From an uncultured Flammeovirgaceae bacterium (GTDB taxonomy: Bacteria; Bacteroidota; Bacteroidia; Cytophagales; MED-G16), in assembly GCA_913046795.1 (NCBI GenBank), contig CAJWTC010000003.1, positions 1-58,601 of the forward strand: a stretch of 58,601 bases of DNA, given 5' to 3'. The translations under genes were made by a program, and so were the position numbers. This document shows, piece by piece, positions 39,935-50,697 of the stretch; the first letter of the stretch is position 1; the number at the start of each line of letters is the position of its first letter. The notes under the pieces are model-generated. The model saw only the letters and a program-made list of their open reading frames with translations, was not told the DNA's origin and made no database searches.

Positions 39935-40735
39935 TTAATTTTTTGTGAATAGATTTCTATCGTATATCAATTTACCATTATTATTCCATTCCCTTATTAT
40001 AAACGAGGGATTTGTAGAAAATGGGAGATCGTCATATTTAATTTCTCTCTTCTTTTTTCCTGACTTATAAAACTCTGTCCATGTACCAACCTTTGAGTTA
40101 TTAATGTAATCTCCTCTTGCTGCGACTTTTCCATCTCTAAAAAAAGCATAATATTTTCCATGCATCTCTCCATATTTTATTGGAATAATTTCTTTTAAGT
40201 TTACCTTATCGTAATCCCAATAATACCTTAAAGATTCATTCTGCCAACCTAACATATAATTCTCTTTATCTTGTAAGATATCTGATCTATTCAACCTAAC
40301 CCACCTTCCTTGTTTTAGTCCATAATAGAAGTAACCCTCTTCTATTATCTGATTATTAAGCCTTTTTACATATGGTCCATGTAAGAGAAGGGTATTATCA
40401 GAAATTGATTTTGATCGTATAATTTTTCTTGATTTCTTATCAAAAAAATGAATTTCTTGAGCGTAGGGATTTTTAATTTCAGAACTTACAATAAAGTGAA
40501 AGTTTTCATAGATATTGTTTCTTCCCTGCGCTACTCTAATAAATCCTTTTTTTGTTTTTATCCCAAAGAAAATATTTTTTTTAGTCTTTTTTTTATTGTT
40601 AATTGATATAGTGTCATCTACACTTTTAAATAGCAGATCATCTCCTGAGATGGTGTCTACATTTAACCTAAAGATATCCTGAGAAAAGGAAATATAGTTT
40701 AAAGCAATAAATAAAAGAGTAAATGCTAATCTCAT
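39935..40735 (-). CDS. Secreted MORN-variant/YwqK-like repeat protein
   Basis: Signal peptide and repeats such as LHGPY, EEGYFYYGLKQGRW and GTWTEFYKSG. Confidence 0.7.
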   Translation of the reverse strand: MRLAFTLLFIALNYISFSQDIFRLNVDTISGDDLLFKSVDDTISINNKKKTKKNIFFGIKTKKGFIRVAQGRNNIYENFHFIVSSEIKNPYAQEIHFFDKKSRKIIRSKSISDNTLLLHGPYVKRLNNQIIEEGYFYYGLKQGRWVRLNRSDILQDKENYMLGWQNESLRYYWDYDKVNLKEIIPIKYGEMHGKYYAFFRDGKVAARGDYINNSKVGTWTEFYKSGKKKREIKYDDLPFSTNPSFIIREWNNNGKLIYDRNLFTKN

Positions 40736-40763
40736 AACTAATACGTAACTCTATAACGAAAAA

Positions 40764-42656
40764 TTACTTTGATAGTATATCAATACTCCTCTGAACAAAT
40801 CCAGTTAGCTTAGATCCAGTTAACATATTCTGAGATAAAAGGGCAAGATCATAAACTTGTGAGGCAATCTTCTCTTTTGTCTTATTTGTTTTAGCTTTTA
40901 GGATCTTATCAATCAGTTTGTGGTTGCCATTAATGCTTACAGAAACCATCTCGCCAGGACCCCCCATCATCATAGGATTATTTCCACTTGATTTTGCCAT
41001 GTCTTGCATTCTCCTAAAAAACTCTGGAAGAGTAATTACTACTGGGTTTTCATTAATGCTTAACGACTCTACATTTATAACAGTTGAAGGATTATTTATT
41101 ATTTTTTCAAATATCTTTTTTAATGACTCTTTCTCACCATCAGATATAACAGTTTCTTTCTTCTCACCCTTGTCAATTAATTTATCTAGAATATCTGAGT
41201 CTACCCTTTTAATTTGAACTTTATCAATTTTTTGTTCTATATGGTTTATATAATGACTATCAATTACATTATCAAATAGCACAATATCATAGTTTCTTTT
41301 TTTTGCTTCTTCAATAAAAGAGTCTTGTTTCTCAGGATCATTTGAGTATAAAATAACTGTATTCTTATCTTTATCTTTTTGAGTTTTGGAAACAAATTTT
41401 TTGTACTCATCAAAAGTTCTCATTTTATTGTCTAGGCTTTGGAGCAGAGCAATTTTTTCAACCTTTTCATAAAACTTTTCCTCAGATATCATCCCATACT
41501 TAACAAAAAGATTTATATCCTTCCACTTCTCATCATAAGAATCTCTGTCCTCTTTATATAGCTCAGAGAGCTTATCTGCAACTTTTTTTGTTATGTAAGA
41601 ATTTATTTTTTTTACATTTCCATCTGATTGTAAGTAACTTCTTGATACATTCAACGGTATGTCAGGTGAATCTATAACACCGTGCAGTAGCATTAAAAAT
41701 TCAGGGACAACATCTTTCACTTCATCAGTTATAAATACTTGTCTAGAGTAGAGTTGAATTTTATTTTTTTGTACCTCAAAATCATTTTTAATTTTTGGAA
41801 AAAAAAGTATACCTGTCAAATTAAATGGGTAGTCTACATTTAAATGAATCCAGAAAAGAGGTTCTTCTGAGAATGGATGTAACTCTTTATAGAACTCTTT
41901 GTAATCTTCGTCCTTTAGGTCTTTAGGACTTTTGTTCCATATAGGATTAGGGTTGTTAATAATGTTATCCTCTTTTACAGATTTATATTTTGGCTTACCT
42001 TCCTTATCTTTTCCATCTTCGACTGATGTTTCCTTCTGACCAAACTTGATTTCTACTGGAAGAAACCTACAGTATTTCTTCAAAATTTCTTCAACCTTAC
42101 TTTCCTCAAGAAAGTCTTTTGAATCATCATTTATATGTAAAATTATTTCAGTGCCTCTCTCTTTTTTATCAGAAGGCTTTATCTCAAACTCTGTGTTACC
42201 GTCACATTTCCAGTAGGCAGATTTATTTTTAGTAATGTAAGATTTTGATTTTATCTCAACATATTTTGAGACCATAAAAGCTGAATAAAAACCTAGTCCA
42301 AAATGTCCAATAATCTGACTTGAGTCATCTTTATCTTTATATTTTTCTATAAATTCTGTAGCTCCAGAAAATGCAATTTGATTTATATATTTTTTTATTT
42401 CATCGGCAGACATGCCTATACCTTTATCAGATATTGTTATGGTCTTTTTCTTTTTATCTAATATTATTTCGATAGTTAAATCCCCAAGCTCGTCTTTCAT
42501 ATCTCCCATTTGAGAGAGACTCTTAATCTTTTGAGTTGCATCTACTGCGTTTGAAACTAATTCTCTAAGAAAGATGTCCTGGTCAGAGTATAGGAATTTC
42601 TTTATTATAGGGAATATGTTTTCTGTGTTAATTGAGATGTTGCCTTTTTCTTTCAT
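40764..42656 (-). CDS. htpG: Molecular chaperone HtpG
   Basis: FLRELVSNAVDA, DKGIGM, IGHFGLGFYSAFMV and DIPLNVSR motifs. Confidence 0.98.
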   Translation of the reverse strand: MKEKGNISINTENIFPIIKKFLYSDQDIFLRELVSNAVDATQKIKSLSQMGDMKDELGDLTIEIILDKKKKTITISDKGIGMSADEIKKYINQIAFSGATEFIEKYKDKDDSSQIIGHFGLGFYSAFMVSKYVEIKSKSYITKNKSAYWKCDGNTEFEIKPSDKKERGTEIILHINDDSKDFLEESKVEEILKKYCRFLPVEIKFGQKETSVEDGKDKEGKPKYKSVKEDNIINNPNPIWNKSPKDLKDEDYKEFYKELHPFSEEPLFWIHLNVDYPFNLTGILFFPKIKNDFEVQKNKIQLYSRQVFITDEVKDVVPEFLMLLHGVIDSPDIPLNVSRSYLQSDGNVKKINSYITKKVADKLSELYKEDRDSYDEKWKDINLFVKYGMISEEKFYEKVEKIALLQSLDNKMRTFDEYKKFVSKTQKDKDKNTVILYSNDPEKQDSFIEEAKKRNYDIVLFDNVIDSHYINHIEQKIDKVQIKRVDSDILDKLIDKGEKKETVISDGEKESLKKIFEKIINNPSTVINVESLSINENPVVITLPEFFRRMQDMAKSSGNNPMMMGGPGEMVSVSINGNHKLIDKILKAKTNKTKEKIASQVYDLALLSQNMLTGSKLTGFVQRSIDILSK

Positions 42657-42662
42657 AATATT

Positions 42663-43151
42663 TTATCTAATTCTTTCAGATTCTCTTACTAATAATTCAT
42701 CTTTTCTAATAAACCTATTTGATAGGAAATTGAAAAATATCGCCAAAAATATCAAATAAAATGAAATAAGAAAACTGATTTTATCATTGATATTAATGTA
42801 TGTCTCATCGTAAAACACCTGATATAAAAAGAAAAAGATAAGTATTGACGTTAGAAGAGAGTTTAATGTGCCAATTTTTATTTGAGTGAGTCTGTTCTTA
42901 TAACTAAAAATAGAATATAAGGAAAGTCCACAACAAAGGATTATAATACCTGAGATATAGAAGTAATCGTAAACTATACCAGAACCTTTAGCAATCTCTT
43001 CTACAGAGCTGCTTGAGATATAACCTGTTACCATAATTTCTGGCGATTCGTTTTCCGACATTTCTATTTTCTGCCACACAGGAAAGAAAAATGTTGATAT
43101 TAAACTAGCTATAAATAAGATTAGGAATATTGTTTGGATTCTCTGTATCAT
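42663..43151 (-). CDS. DUF4293 family membrane protein
   Basis: MIQRIQT N-terminus, four TM helices, YKNR..Q and IRKDELLVR..ERIR. Start at ATG 43151. Confidence 0.85.
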   Translation of the reverse strand: MIQRIQTIFLILFIASLISTFFFPVWQKIEMSENESPEIMVTGYISSSSVEEIAKGSGIVYDYFYISGIIILCCGLSLYSIFSYKNRLTQIKIGTLNSLLTSILIFFFLYQVFYDETYININDKISFLISFYLIFLAIFFNFLSNRFIRKDELLVRESERIR

Positions 43152-43201
43152 GAATGTATTTTGTACAAAGAAAAAAAAATTAGCTAACAAAATATATATG
43201 C

Positions 43202-43945
43202 ATGAGATATTTTATTAATATATCTTATAATGGAAAAGATTATCATGGTTGGCAGATTCAAAAAAATGCTGTTTCTGTTCAATCAACTTTACAGGATATA
43301 TTATCAAAAATCCTAAGACAAGAAATAGTTATTTTAGGAAGTGGGAGAACTGATACAGGTGTTCATGCAAATTCTCAAGTGGCACATTTTGATGTAAATA
43401 ATAAAATAGAAGATGATTTTATTTTTAGGGTTAACTCTTTTTTGCCTCATGACATATCAATAAATTCAGTTAGGCGTGTTAAAAAAGATTCTAATGCAAG
43501 ATTCGATGCTATCTCAAGAGAATATATTTATAAAATTCATGGTGTAAAGTCTCCTTTTGTGAATGGGTTATCAATGCTTTACAGTATTCATATGAATAAA
43601 GAATTAATAAAAGATGCTTGTTCTATTATTTGTGATAATAGAAACTTCCAAAGTTTTTCAAAGGTCAAGACGGAGGTTAATAATTTTAATTGTAAAATTT
43701 CTCATGCTTCATTACAAAAAATAGAGGGTAATTACTTGTTTAGATTTTCCTCAAATAGATTTTTAAGGGGTATGGTTAGAGCTCTTGTAGGCACTTTATT
43801 ACAGTTAAATGAAGGGAAAATTAATCTTGAAGATTTTAAAAATATTTTTACTAAAATGAATAGAGAGTATGCAGGTCCTTCGGCTCCTCCTTATGCTCTT
43901 TATTTAAATAGTGTGAATTATAATTCAGATATTTATTATGACTGA
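43202..43945 (+). CDS. truA: tRNA pseudouridine(38-40) synthase
   Basis: YHGWQ, GSGRTDTGVHA and FLRGMVR motifs. Confidence 0.97.
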   Translation: MRYFINISYNGKDYHGWQIQKNAVSVQSTLQDILSKILRQEIVILGSGRTDTGVHANSQVAHFDVNNKIEDDFIFRVNSFLPHDISINSVRRVKKDSNARFDAISREYIYKIHGVKSPFVNGLSMLYSIHMNKELIKDACSIICDNRNFQSFSKVKTEVNNFNCKISHASLQKIEGNYLFRFSSNRFLRGMVRALVGTLLQLNEGKINLEDFKNIFTKMNREYAGPSAPPYALYLNSVNYNSDIYYD

Positions 43946-45704
43946 CAATAATAAAGTAAGTGGGAATCTCTTTGATTTCAAAATAGTGAGGAGGTTAATG
44001 GTCTTTTGTAGACCTTACATGAATGTTTTCTATCTCCTTATATTTTTAACATTAAGTCTCTCTGTTCTTCAACCCATTAGGCCATTTATCACACAAATAA
44101 TTATAGATGACTACGTTACATTAGGGGATTCTGAAGGCCTAGTAAGGATGACAGTACTACTTTTAATACTTCTTCTTATTAATGCTGTGGTTATGTATTA
44201 TCACACCTACCTATCTGGATGGCTAGGGCAGAATATAATAAAAGATATAAGGATCAAACTCTTTTCTCATATTCAGGGCTTTAAACTTCAATTTTTTGAT
44301 AAAACACCTATTGGTAGAGTAGTTACTAGAAATATTTCAGATATTGAGACAATAGCTGATATTTTTGGTCAGGGTATTGCATCAATAATAGGCGATATTT
44401 TACAATTGCTCGGAATTGTTATTTTAATGTTTTATTTAAATTGGAAATTAACCCTTATTAGCCTTGCGACTCTCCCATTTTTATTTTTGACTACATATAT
44501 ATTCAAAGAGAAAGTAAAGATATCTTTTAATAATGTCAGGACTGCTGTAGCTAATCTCAATTCCTATGTTCAAGAGCATATTGTCGGAATGAATATTGTT
44601 CAGGTTTTTGGTAATGAAGACCGTGAGTATAAAAAGTTTATAAGAGTAAATAAAGAACACCTTCATGCTAACCTTAAAGCAGTACTCTACTATTCTATTT
44701 ATTTTCCTGTGATGGAATTATTTACATCTATTGGTCTAGGTCTTTTAATCTGGTATGGGTCAGGTCAAATATTTTTGGAGGAAGTCTCTCTTGGTGTCCT
44801 GATTGCCTTTATAATGTATCTACAACTTTTTTTTAGACCAATAAGAGCCATAGCAGACCGTTTTAATACACTTCAGATGGGTGTGGTAAGTTCTAAAAGA
44901 ATTTTTGATCTGCTAGATAGAGATGAAGACATAGTATCAAATAATGAGAGAACCCTATATAAAATTAGAGGAAGTGTTGAATTTAAAGATTTATGGTTTG
45001 CCTATAATGATAATAACTATGTTTTAAAGAATATAAACTTTAAAATTAAAGAGGGAGAATCAATTGCATTTGTTGGAAGTACTGGATCAGGAAAGACTTC
45101 AATTATTAATTTAATTAATAGATTTTATGAATTCCAAAAAGGTAAAATTTTAGTTGATGGAGTTGACATAAAAAAAATAAACTCATCAGATTTAAGAGAT
45201 GATCTAGGACTTGTTTCTCAGGATGTGTTTCTATTTTCAGATACAATCTATAATAATATTACTTTATTCAATGATAAGATTGATGAGAGTCAGGTTTGGG
45301 ATTCTATCGACCAAGTGGGTGCTAGAAAGTTTATCGAGGCATTACCAAATAAACTAAACTTTAACGTTAAAGAGAGGGGAGCTTCATTATCAGTTGGACA
45401 AAGGCAGTTAATTTCTTGTATAAGAATTATGTTATATAATCCCAAGATTATTCTCTTAGATGAGGCCACTTCCTCTGTAGACTCTGATACAGAGACTCTG
45501 ATACAATCTGCAATTTCTAAAATTTTAAAAAATAGAACTTCTATAGTTGTTGCTCATAGGTTGTCAACGATCAAAGAGGTAGATAAAATTATTGTTTTAG
45601 AAAATGGTGAGATTAAAGAGATGGGAGATCACAGAACACTAAATAATTCTGGGGGTTATTATAAAAAGTTATATGAGATGCAGAACAAAAATATTTTAAG
45701 CTAA
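43938..45704 (+). CDS. ABC exporter, fused permease and ATPase
   Basis: TM domain, Walker A GSTGSGKT, degenerate signature LSVGQ, Walker B LLDE. Confidence 0.93.
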   Translation: MTDNNKVSGNLFDFKIVRRLMVFCRPYMNVFYLLIFLTLSLSVLQPIRPFITQIIIDDYVTLGDSEGLVRMTVLLLILLLINAVVMYYHTYLSGWLGQNIIKDIRIKLFSHIQGFKLQFFDKTPIGRVVTRNISDIETIADIFGQGIASIIGDILQLLGIVILMFYLNWKLTLISLATLPFLFLTTYIFKEKVKISFNNVRTAVANLNSYVQEHIVGMNIVQVFGNEDREYKKFIRVNKEHLHANLKAVLYYSIYFPVMELFTSIGLGLLIWYGSGQIFLEEVSLGVLIAFIMYLQLFFRPIRAIADRFNTLQMGVVSSKRIFDLLDRDEDIVSNNERTLYKIRGSVEFKDLWFAYNDNNYVLKNINFKIKEGESIAFVGSTGSGKTSIINLINRFYEFQKGKILVDGVDIKKINSSDLRDDLGLVSQDVFLFSDTIYNNITLFNDKIDESQVWDSIDQVGARKFIEALPNKLNFNVKERGASLSVGQRQLISCIRIMLYNPKIILLDEATSSVDSDTETLIQSAISKILKNRTSIVVAHRLSTIKEVDKIIVLENGEIKEMGDHRTLNNSGGYYKKLYEMQNKNILS

Positions 45705-47470
45705 GATATTTTTTCTTTTTCTATCTGGTTGCTATATGTTTTGTAGTAGTTGCCTTTTCTCTTTAGGAGTTCTTCGTGCGATCCGACTTCAATAACTTTT
45801 CCATCATCCATAACAAGTATTTTCTTTGCTAACTTAACTGATGATATCCGATGAGAAATTATTATAGTTGTTTTTTCAACCATAATTTTTTTTAAATTTT
45901 CTAATATTTTATTTTCAGTTTTAGTATCGACAGCAGATAGACAATCATCTAAAATTAATATTTTAGGTTTTTTTATTATTGCTCTAGCTATTGAAATTCT
46001 TTGTTTTTGACCTCCAGATAAAGTGATTCCCCTTTCCCCAACTCGGGTTTTGTACCTGTCTGGAAAAGATTTGATATTCCTAGTTAGGTCTGCATTCTCT
46101 GCTGCTTTATGGACATCCTCAATTCCTTTTCCTCTAGTTCCAAATAGAATATTATTTTCAATAGTATCTGAGAATAGGAAGACATCTTGGGGTACATAAC
46201 CAACTTGTCTTCTGAACTTAATAATATTTAAATCTTGAATTTTGTGATCGTCAATTAGTATAGACCCGTCATCAATATCAAATAATCTTAATATACTATT
46301 AGCAAGAGTACTCTTTCCTGATCCAGTTGTCCCTATTACCCCTAGAGAATCTCCAGGTTTAATGGTAAACGAAATATTTTTCAGACCTGTAATGTTTGTG
46401 TCTGAGTATTTAAATGATACATTTTTAAATTCGATTTTACCTTTTACATCAATAGATTTATTTTCAAGTGTTAAAATATTATTTTTTTCTTTAAGAAATT
46501 CATTGATTCTTTTCTGAGAAGCAGATGCCCTCTGGACTATACTAGTTATCCACCCGAGAGCTGTTACTGGCCAGGTGAGGAGATAGACATATATTAAAAA
46601 CTCAGCAATGTTTCCAATGGATATATTTTTGTTAAATACCTCTACAGCTCCAATATATACAGTGATGATAATACTTAGACCTATTAATGTCATTATTATA
46701 GGAAAGAAAAGAGATAATACAAATTGAAGTCTTAGTGACCTGTCTTTGTATTCGATACTTTTTTCAGAAAATACTGAAGAAAAGTTGTCTTCTCTTACAA
46801 ATGATTTAATGAGTCTAATCCCAGAAAAGGTTTCTTGGACATAGGTAGATAAGTCTGATAATGATTTCTGAATTTCTTCAGATCTTTTGTTTATTATGTT
46901 TTGAACATAGTAAATAGCTATTACTAACATTGGTAGTGGCAAAATACTATAGAAGGCAAGTTTAGTGTTTATATAAAACATAAAAGGGATAATAGTTAAC
47001 ATTAAAATGGTAACATTCATTCCGTACATAAGAGCAGGCCCAACATACATTCTTACCCTGCTAACATCCTCAGATATCCTATTCATAAGGTCACCTGTGT
47101 TATTCTCTTTATAGAACTGCATTGGGAGTGTTTGGTAATGGAAAAAGATTTCATTTTTTAAGTCGTATTCAATTTTTCTTGATGCAACAATAATTGTCTG
47201 TCTCATCATGTACATAAACAAACCTCTTATCACTGCGGCTAAGATTATACCTAAAGCGTAAAGAATAACAGTATTTAGTGTTTCGTCTTTAGCACCTACA
47301 CCTCCACTCGAGAATAGGGCAACTCCTTCTTCTATTAAATCAAAAGTTTCTCTTATCAAGGTGGCTGGAATTAGAGCAAAAAAAGTTGATATGAAAATAA
47401 ACCCTGTACCAAGTAGATAGAATTTTTTGTATTTGAATAGGTATTTATTTAAGTAGGATAGCTCTTTCAA
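45701..47470 (-). CDS. ABC exporter, fused permease and ATPase
   Basis: TM domain, GTTGSGKS, LSGGQ and degenerate Walker B ILDD. Confidence 0.93.
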   Translation of the reverse strand: MKELSYLNKYLFKYKKFYLLGTGFIFISTFFALIPATLIRETFDLIEEGVALFSSGGVGAKDETLNTVILYALGIILAAVIRGLFMYMMRQTIIVASRKIEYDLKNEIFFHYQTLPMQFYKENNTGDLMNRISEDVSRVRMYVGPALMYGMNVTILMLTIIPFMFYINTKLAFYSILPLPMLVIAIYYVQNIINKRSEEIQKSLSDLSTYVQETFSGIRLIKSFVREDNFSSVFSEKSIEYKDRSLRLQFVLSLFFPIIMTLIGLSIIITVYIGAVEVFNKNISIGNIAEFLIYVYLLTWPVTALGWITSIVQRASASQKRINEFLKEKNNILTLENKSIDVKGKIEFKNVSFKYSDTNITGLKNISFTIKPGDSLGVIGTTGSGKSTLANSILRLFDIDDGSILIDDHKIQDLNIIKFRRQVGYVPQDVFLFSDTIENNILFGTRGKGIEDVHKAAENADLTRNIKSFPDRYKTRVGERGITLSGGQKQRISIARAIIKKPKILILDDCLSAVDTKTENKILENLKKIMVEKTTIIISHRISSVKLAKKILVMDDGKVIEVGSHEELLKRKGNYYKTYSNQIEKEKIS

Positions 47471-47528
47471 TTTTTATACATTTACATAAATACAACTAAC
47501 CGTAAATCTATTACTTAAAATCATAATT

Positions 47529-48596
47529 ATGAGTAAAGATCAAACTAAATCAATTTTTAATTATTTAAACGAACATGAGCATGAGCAGCTGATATATTGT
47601 CATGATAAGGAATTAGGATTAAAGGCTATTGTAGGTATACATAATACTGCACTTGGACCTGCAATGGGTGGGACAAGGATGTGGAATTATACTTCTGATG
47701 AGGAGGCTCTTAACGATGTGATCAATCTGTCTATGGCAATGTCATACAAATCATCCTTAGCAGGATTAAATGCTGGGGGAGGCAAGGCGGTAATTATAGG
47801 TGACCCAAGAATTAAAAATGAAAAATTTATTAGAAGGTATGCCGAATTTTTAAATGATCTTAAAGGTAAATATTGGACAGCTCAGGATGTTAACATGACA
47901 TCTGAGGATATAGTTAATATAAAAAAAACAAGTAGATACGTAGTTGGTCTACCTAAAGAACACGGTGGACTTGGGGACTCTTCAGTGCCAACTGCTTATG
48001 GCGTATATCTTGGAATGAAATCTGCTCTAATGAATGTAACTGGAAAGGACTCTCTTTCAGATAAAAAAATACTTATTCAAGGCGTTGGAAAGGTAGGCGG
48101 CAAATTAATTGATTATCTTCTCGAAGAAGGCTCTAAGATATACGCTTACGATATCAACAAAAACAATTTAGAAAAATTTAATAGATCTAATATTATAATT
48201 TTGAAAGAAGAGGATATTTTTAAAAATAGATACGATATTTATTCTCCATGTGCTCTTGGTGGGGCAGTAAATAAAGACTCAGTAGATCAGATTGAATGTG
48301 ATATAATTGCTGGAGCTGCTAATAATCAGATTTCAGATGAAGATATTGTGTTGCCAAAATTGAAAGAAAAAAATATCTTATACATTCCAGACTTCCTGAT
48401 AAATGCTGGTGGAATAATTAGTGTCTATCACGAACAGATAAATGACCTTGATACAAAAAAGGTTATGGATATGACTAGTGATATCTTTGATAAAGTTACA
48501 GATGTTTTAAAATTTTCTTCCGAAAATAATATTTCAACATTTCAGGCTGCTGTTCAGTTAGCGAAGGATAGAATAAATAAAGTTTCTGAAAAATAG
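47529..48596 (+). CDS. Glu/Leu/Phe/Val dehydrogenase (leucine dehydrogenase-like)
   Basis: LGPAMGGTR, GGGKAVI, QGVGKVG, GAANNQ and PDFLINAGG motifs. Confidence 0.93.
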   Translation: MSKDQTKSIFNYLNEHEHEQLIYCHDKELGLKAIVGIHNTALGPAMGGTRMWNYTSDEEALNDVINLSMAMSYKSSLAGLNAGGGKAVIIGDPRIKNEKFIRRYAEFLNDLKGKYWTAQDVNMTSEDIVNIKKTSRYVVGLPKEHGGLGDSSVPTAYGVYLGMKSALMNVTGKDSLSDKKILIQGVGKVGGKLIDYLLEEGSKIYAYDINKNNLEKFNRSNIIILKEEDIFKNRYDIYSPCALGGAVNKDSVDQIECDIIAGAANNQISDEDIVLPKLKEKNILYIPDFLINAGGIISVYHEQINDLDTKKVMDMTSDIFDKVTDVLKFSSENNISTFQAAVQLAKDRINKVSEK

Positions 48597-48630
48597 CTAT
48601 TATTGCACCTCGTTCTTTAAATGAAGTGCT

Positions 48631-49578
48631 ATGTTAAATAGAAGAAGTATTCGGATTAAAGTATTACAACATATCTATTCTTTCGGACTTAATGTTCGCC
48701 TTTCAGAAGATGTTGAAGTTCTAAAATCAAATACTTTAGTCAATCTAAAAAGTTCAATCTCTAGTATAGACACCTACTACATCCAAGTAATTGTCTTAGC
48801 ACTCAATTTCCAAGAAATAGATATTAAAAAGAAGGCCTTACAAAAGAAGAATAAATTAAATTTCAATTTATCTCAAAATAAAATTTTAGAACTTTTCAAG
48901 AAAAAGCCTGTCATTAAAAATGAGATGATATCCTTTAATTCATCATTATCTAGTGAGATAGAGTTGTTAAAGGATTGGTATAAATTATTAAAAAGTGAGA
49001 CATTTTTTGAGACCTATAATAAAAAAGATAATCCCTCTATTGATGATGACATAGAGTTTATTAAAGGTTTAATATTTGTTTTCATCCTGAAGAATGAAGA
49101 TATAAATTCTTTTTTTGAATCAAGGAATATATACTGGGACATTGACAAGCAGATAATTAGGTCTATGTTAAAAACATCAATAGGATCTTTAAATTCAACA
49201 GATTTTAATACATTTGCTGTCGCAAGTTTATCTGAAAACATTAAAGAAGATATTGAATTTGCAAGCTCTTTGTTCGATTGTGTTGTTTCAAATACAGATA
49301 AGTATGACTCATATGTCAAAAAATTTGTTAAGAACTGGGATATAGATAGAATCTCAAAGATGGACCTTTCTGTAATAAGATTGGGTATAGCTGAGATGAC
49401 ATCATTTAATCATATACCAGTAAAAGTTACAATAAACGAGTGCATAGACTTAGCTAAAAATTTCAGCTCTCCAAAGAGCGGAAAATTTGTAAATGGACTT
49501 TTAGATGTAATTTCATTAAATTTGCAAGAAATAGGTCAAATCAAGAAAACAGGTAAGGGTTTGATCGATAATAAATAA
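48631..49578 (+). CDS. nusB: Transcription antitermination factor NusB (long Bacteroidota form)
   Basis: MLNRRSIRIKVLQ, NWDIDRI, IPVKVTINE and KSGKFVNGLLD motifs. Confidence 0.95.
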   Translation: MLNRRSIRIKVLQHIYSFGLNVRLSEDVEVLKSNTLVNLKSSISSIDTYYIQVIVLALNFQEIDIKKKALQKKNKLNFNLSQNKILELFKKKPVIKNEMISFNSSLSSEIELLKDWYKLLKSETFFETYNKKDNPSIDDDIEFIKGLIFVFILKNEDINSFFESRNIYWDIDKQIIRSMLKTSIGSLNSTDFNTFAVASLSENIKEDIEFASSLFDCVVSNTDKYDSYVKKFVKNWDIDRISKMDLSVIRLGIAEMTSFNHIPVKVTINECIDLAKNFSSPKSGKFVNGLLDVISLNLQEIGQIKKTGKGLIDNK

Positions 49579-49586
49579 TTATAATT

Positions 49587-49886
49587 ATGAGTAAAAATTC
49601 TACAAATTCATTTATTAGCTTATTAATTGGCTTAATTGTCGGTGGGATAGTAGGTATATTATTTGCACCCGATAAAGGAAATAATACGAGAGACAGATTA
49701 ACATTTAGACTTAATCAGTATAGAAAGAAGTTAGAAGATTTGATTGCTGAGATAACTGATGAGAAAGAATTGGTAAAATCTGAGGCTAAGGATAAGGGAA
49801 ATAAAGTTGTTAACGAAGCTAAGACAAAGGCTGAGAGACTACTGAAAGATGTAGACGGAATTTTATCTAAAATAAAAGAAAATTAA
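49587..49886 (+). CDS. YtxH domain protein
   Basis: GGIVGILFAPDKG..TR followed by a coiled coil. Confidence 0.9.
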   Translation: MSKNSTNSFISLLIGLIVGGIVGILFAPDKGNNTRDRLTFRLNQYRKKLEDLIAEITDEKELVKSEAKDKGNKVVNEAKTKAERLLKDVDGILSKIKEN

Positions 49887-49894
49887 TATTAAAC

Positions 49895-50362
49895 ATGAAA
49901 AAATTTATATCAATACTTTCAATTGTATTCATTTCCGCTTGCGGATCAAAGGTTAGCGACCTAGAGTTAAGGGTTGCAAAACTAGAAACAGAAATAGCTT
50001 CAATGAGAAAAGGAGGTGTTTCTACTATCGTGCCTGTTGGTGCTTACCCAAAGTTCACTTTTGACCAAGAGGAACATAATTTTGGTCAGATTAGAGACGG
50101 TGACATTGTTAGTCACACTTTTAGGTTTACCAATACAGGAGAGGCTCCACTTATTATATCAAAAGCTACTGCTGCATGTGGTTGTACTGTTCCACAGTGG
50201 CCAAAGCAACCTATTCCTGCTGGAGGGTCTGGAGAGATTCAGGTGCAATTTGATTCAAGTAACAAGCCTGGTATGCAAAACAAGGTAGTAACTATTACAG
50301 CTAATACTGAGTCTAAAGTAAAGAAGCTTCTTATAAGAGCACAGGTTAATCCGAGATCTTAA
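49895..50362 (+). CDS. DUF1573 domain lipoprotein
   Basis: Lipobox ISAC, HNFG, FTNTG..PLII and CGCT motifs. Confidence 0.9.
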   Translation: MKKFISILSIVFISACGSKVSDLELRVAKLETEIASMRKGGVSTIVPVGAYPKFTFDQEEHNFGQIRDGDIVSHTFRFTNTGEAPLIISKATAACGCTVPQWPKQPIPAGGSGEIQVQFDSSNKPGMQNKVVTITANTESKVKKLLIRAQVNPRS

Positions 50363-50367
50363 ATTAG

Positions 50368-50661
50368 ATGGTTCTATTACAGTCTTTTGGATCTGGCTTA
50401 GCTCAGCTTTTCTTTCCGCTTGCTATACTTGCTGTATTCTTTTTCTTTATATACAGACCTGAGCAGAAAAGGAAACAGAGACAATCTGACTTCATCTCTT
50501 CACTTAAAAAGGGTAGAAAAGTTGTTACAAATGGTGGTATTCATGGAAAAATAACATCTATTGAGGGTAACAGCGTCATACTTGACGTGGACCGAGGTAC
50601 TAAAATTAAATTTGATAAAAATTCTATCTCATTTGAGATGTCTTCTCAGGAGAATAATTAA
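50368..50661 (+). CDS. yajC: Preprotein translocase subunit YajC
   Basis: FFFIYRPEQKR and LKKGRKVVTNGGIHG. Confidence 0.95.
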   Translation: MVLLQSFGSGLAQLFFPLAILAVFFFFIYRPEQKRKQRQSDFISSLKKGRKVVTNGGIHGKITSIEGNSVILDVDRGTKIKFDKNSISFEMSSQENN

Positions 50662-50697
50662 CTTTCAATTTTACATCATTTAAATTATAGTACCATT

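Noticed and set aside
39935-40735. YwqK-like protein as part of a toxin-antitoxin system
   Set aside because: No toxin gene is adjacent; it is a secreted repeat protein within a housekeeping run.
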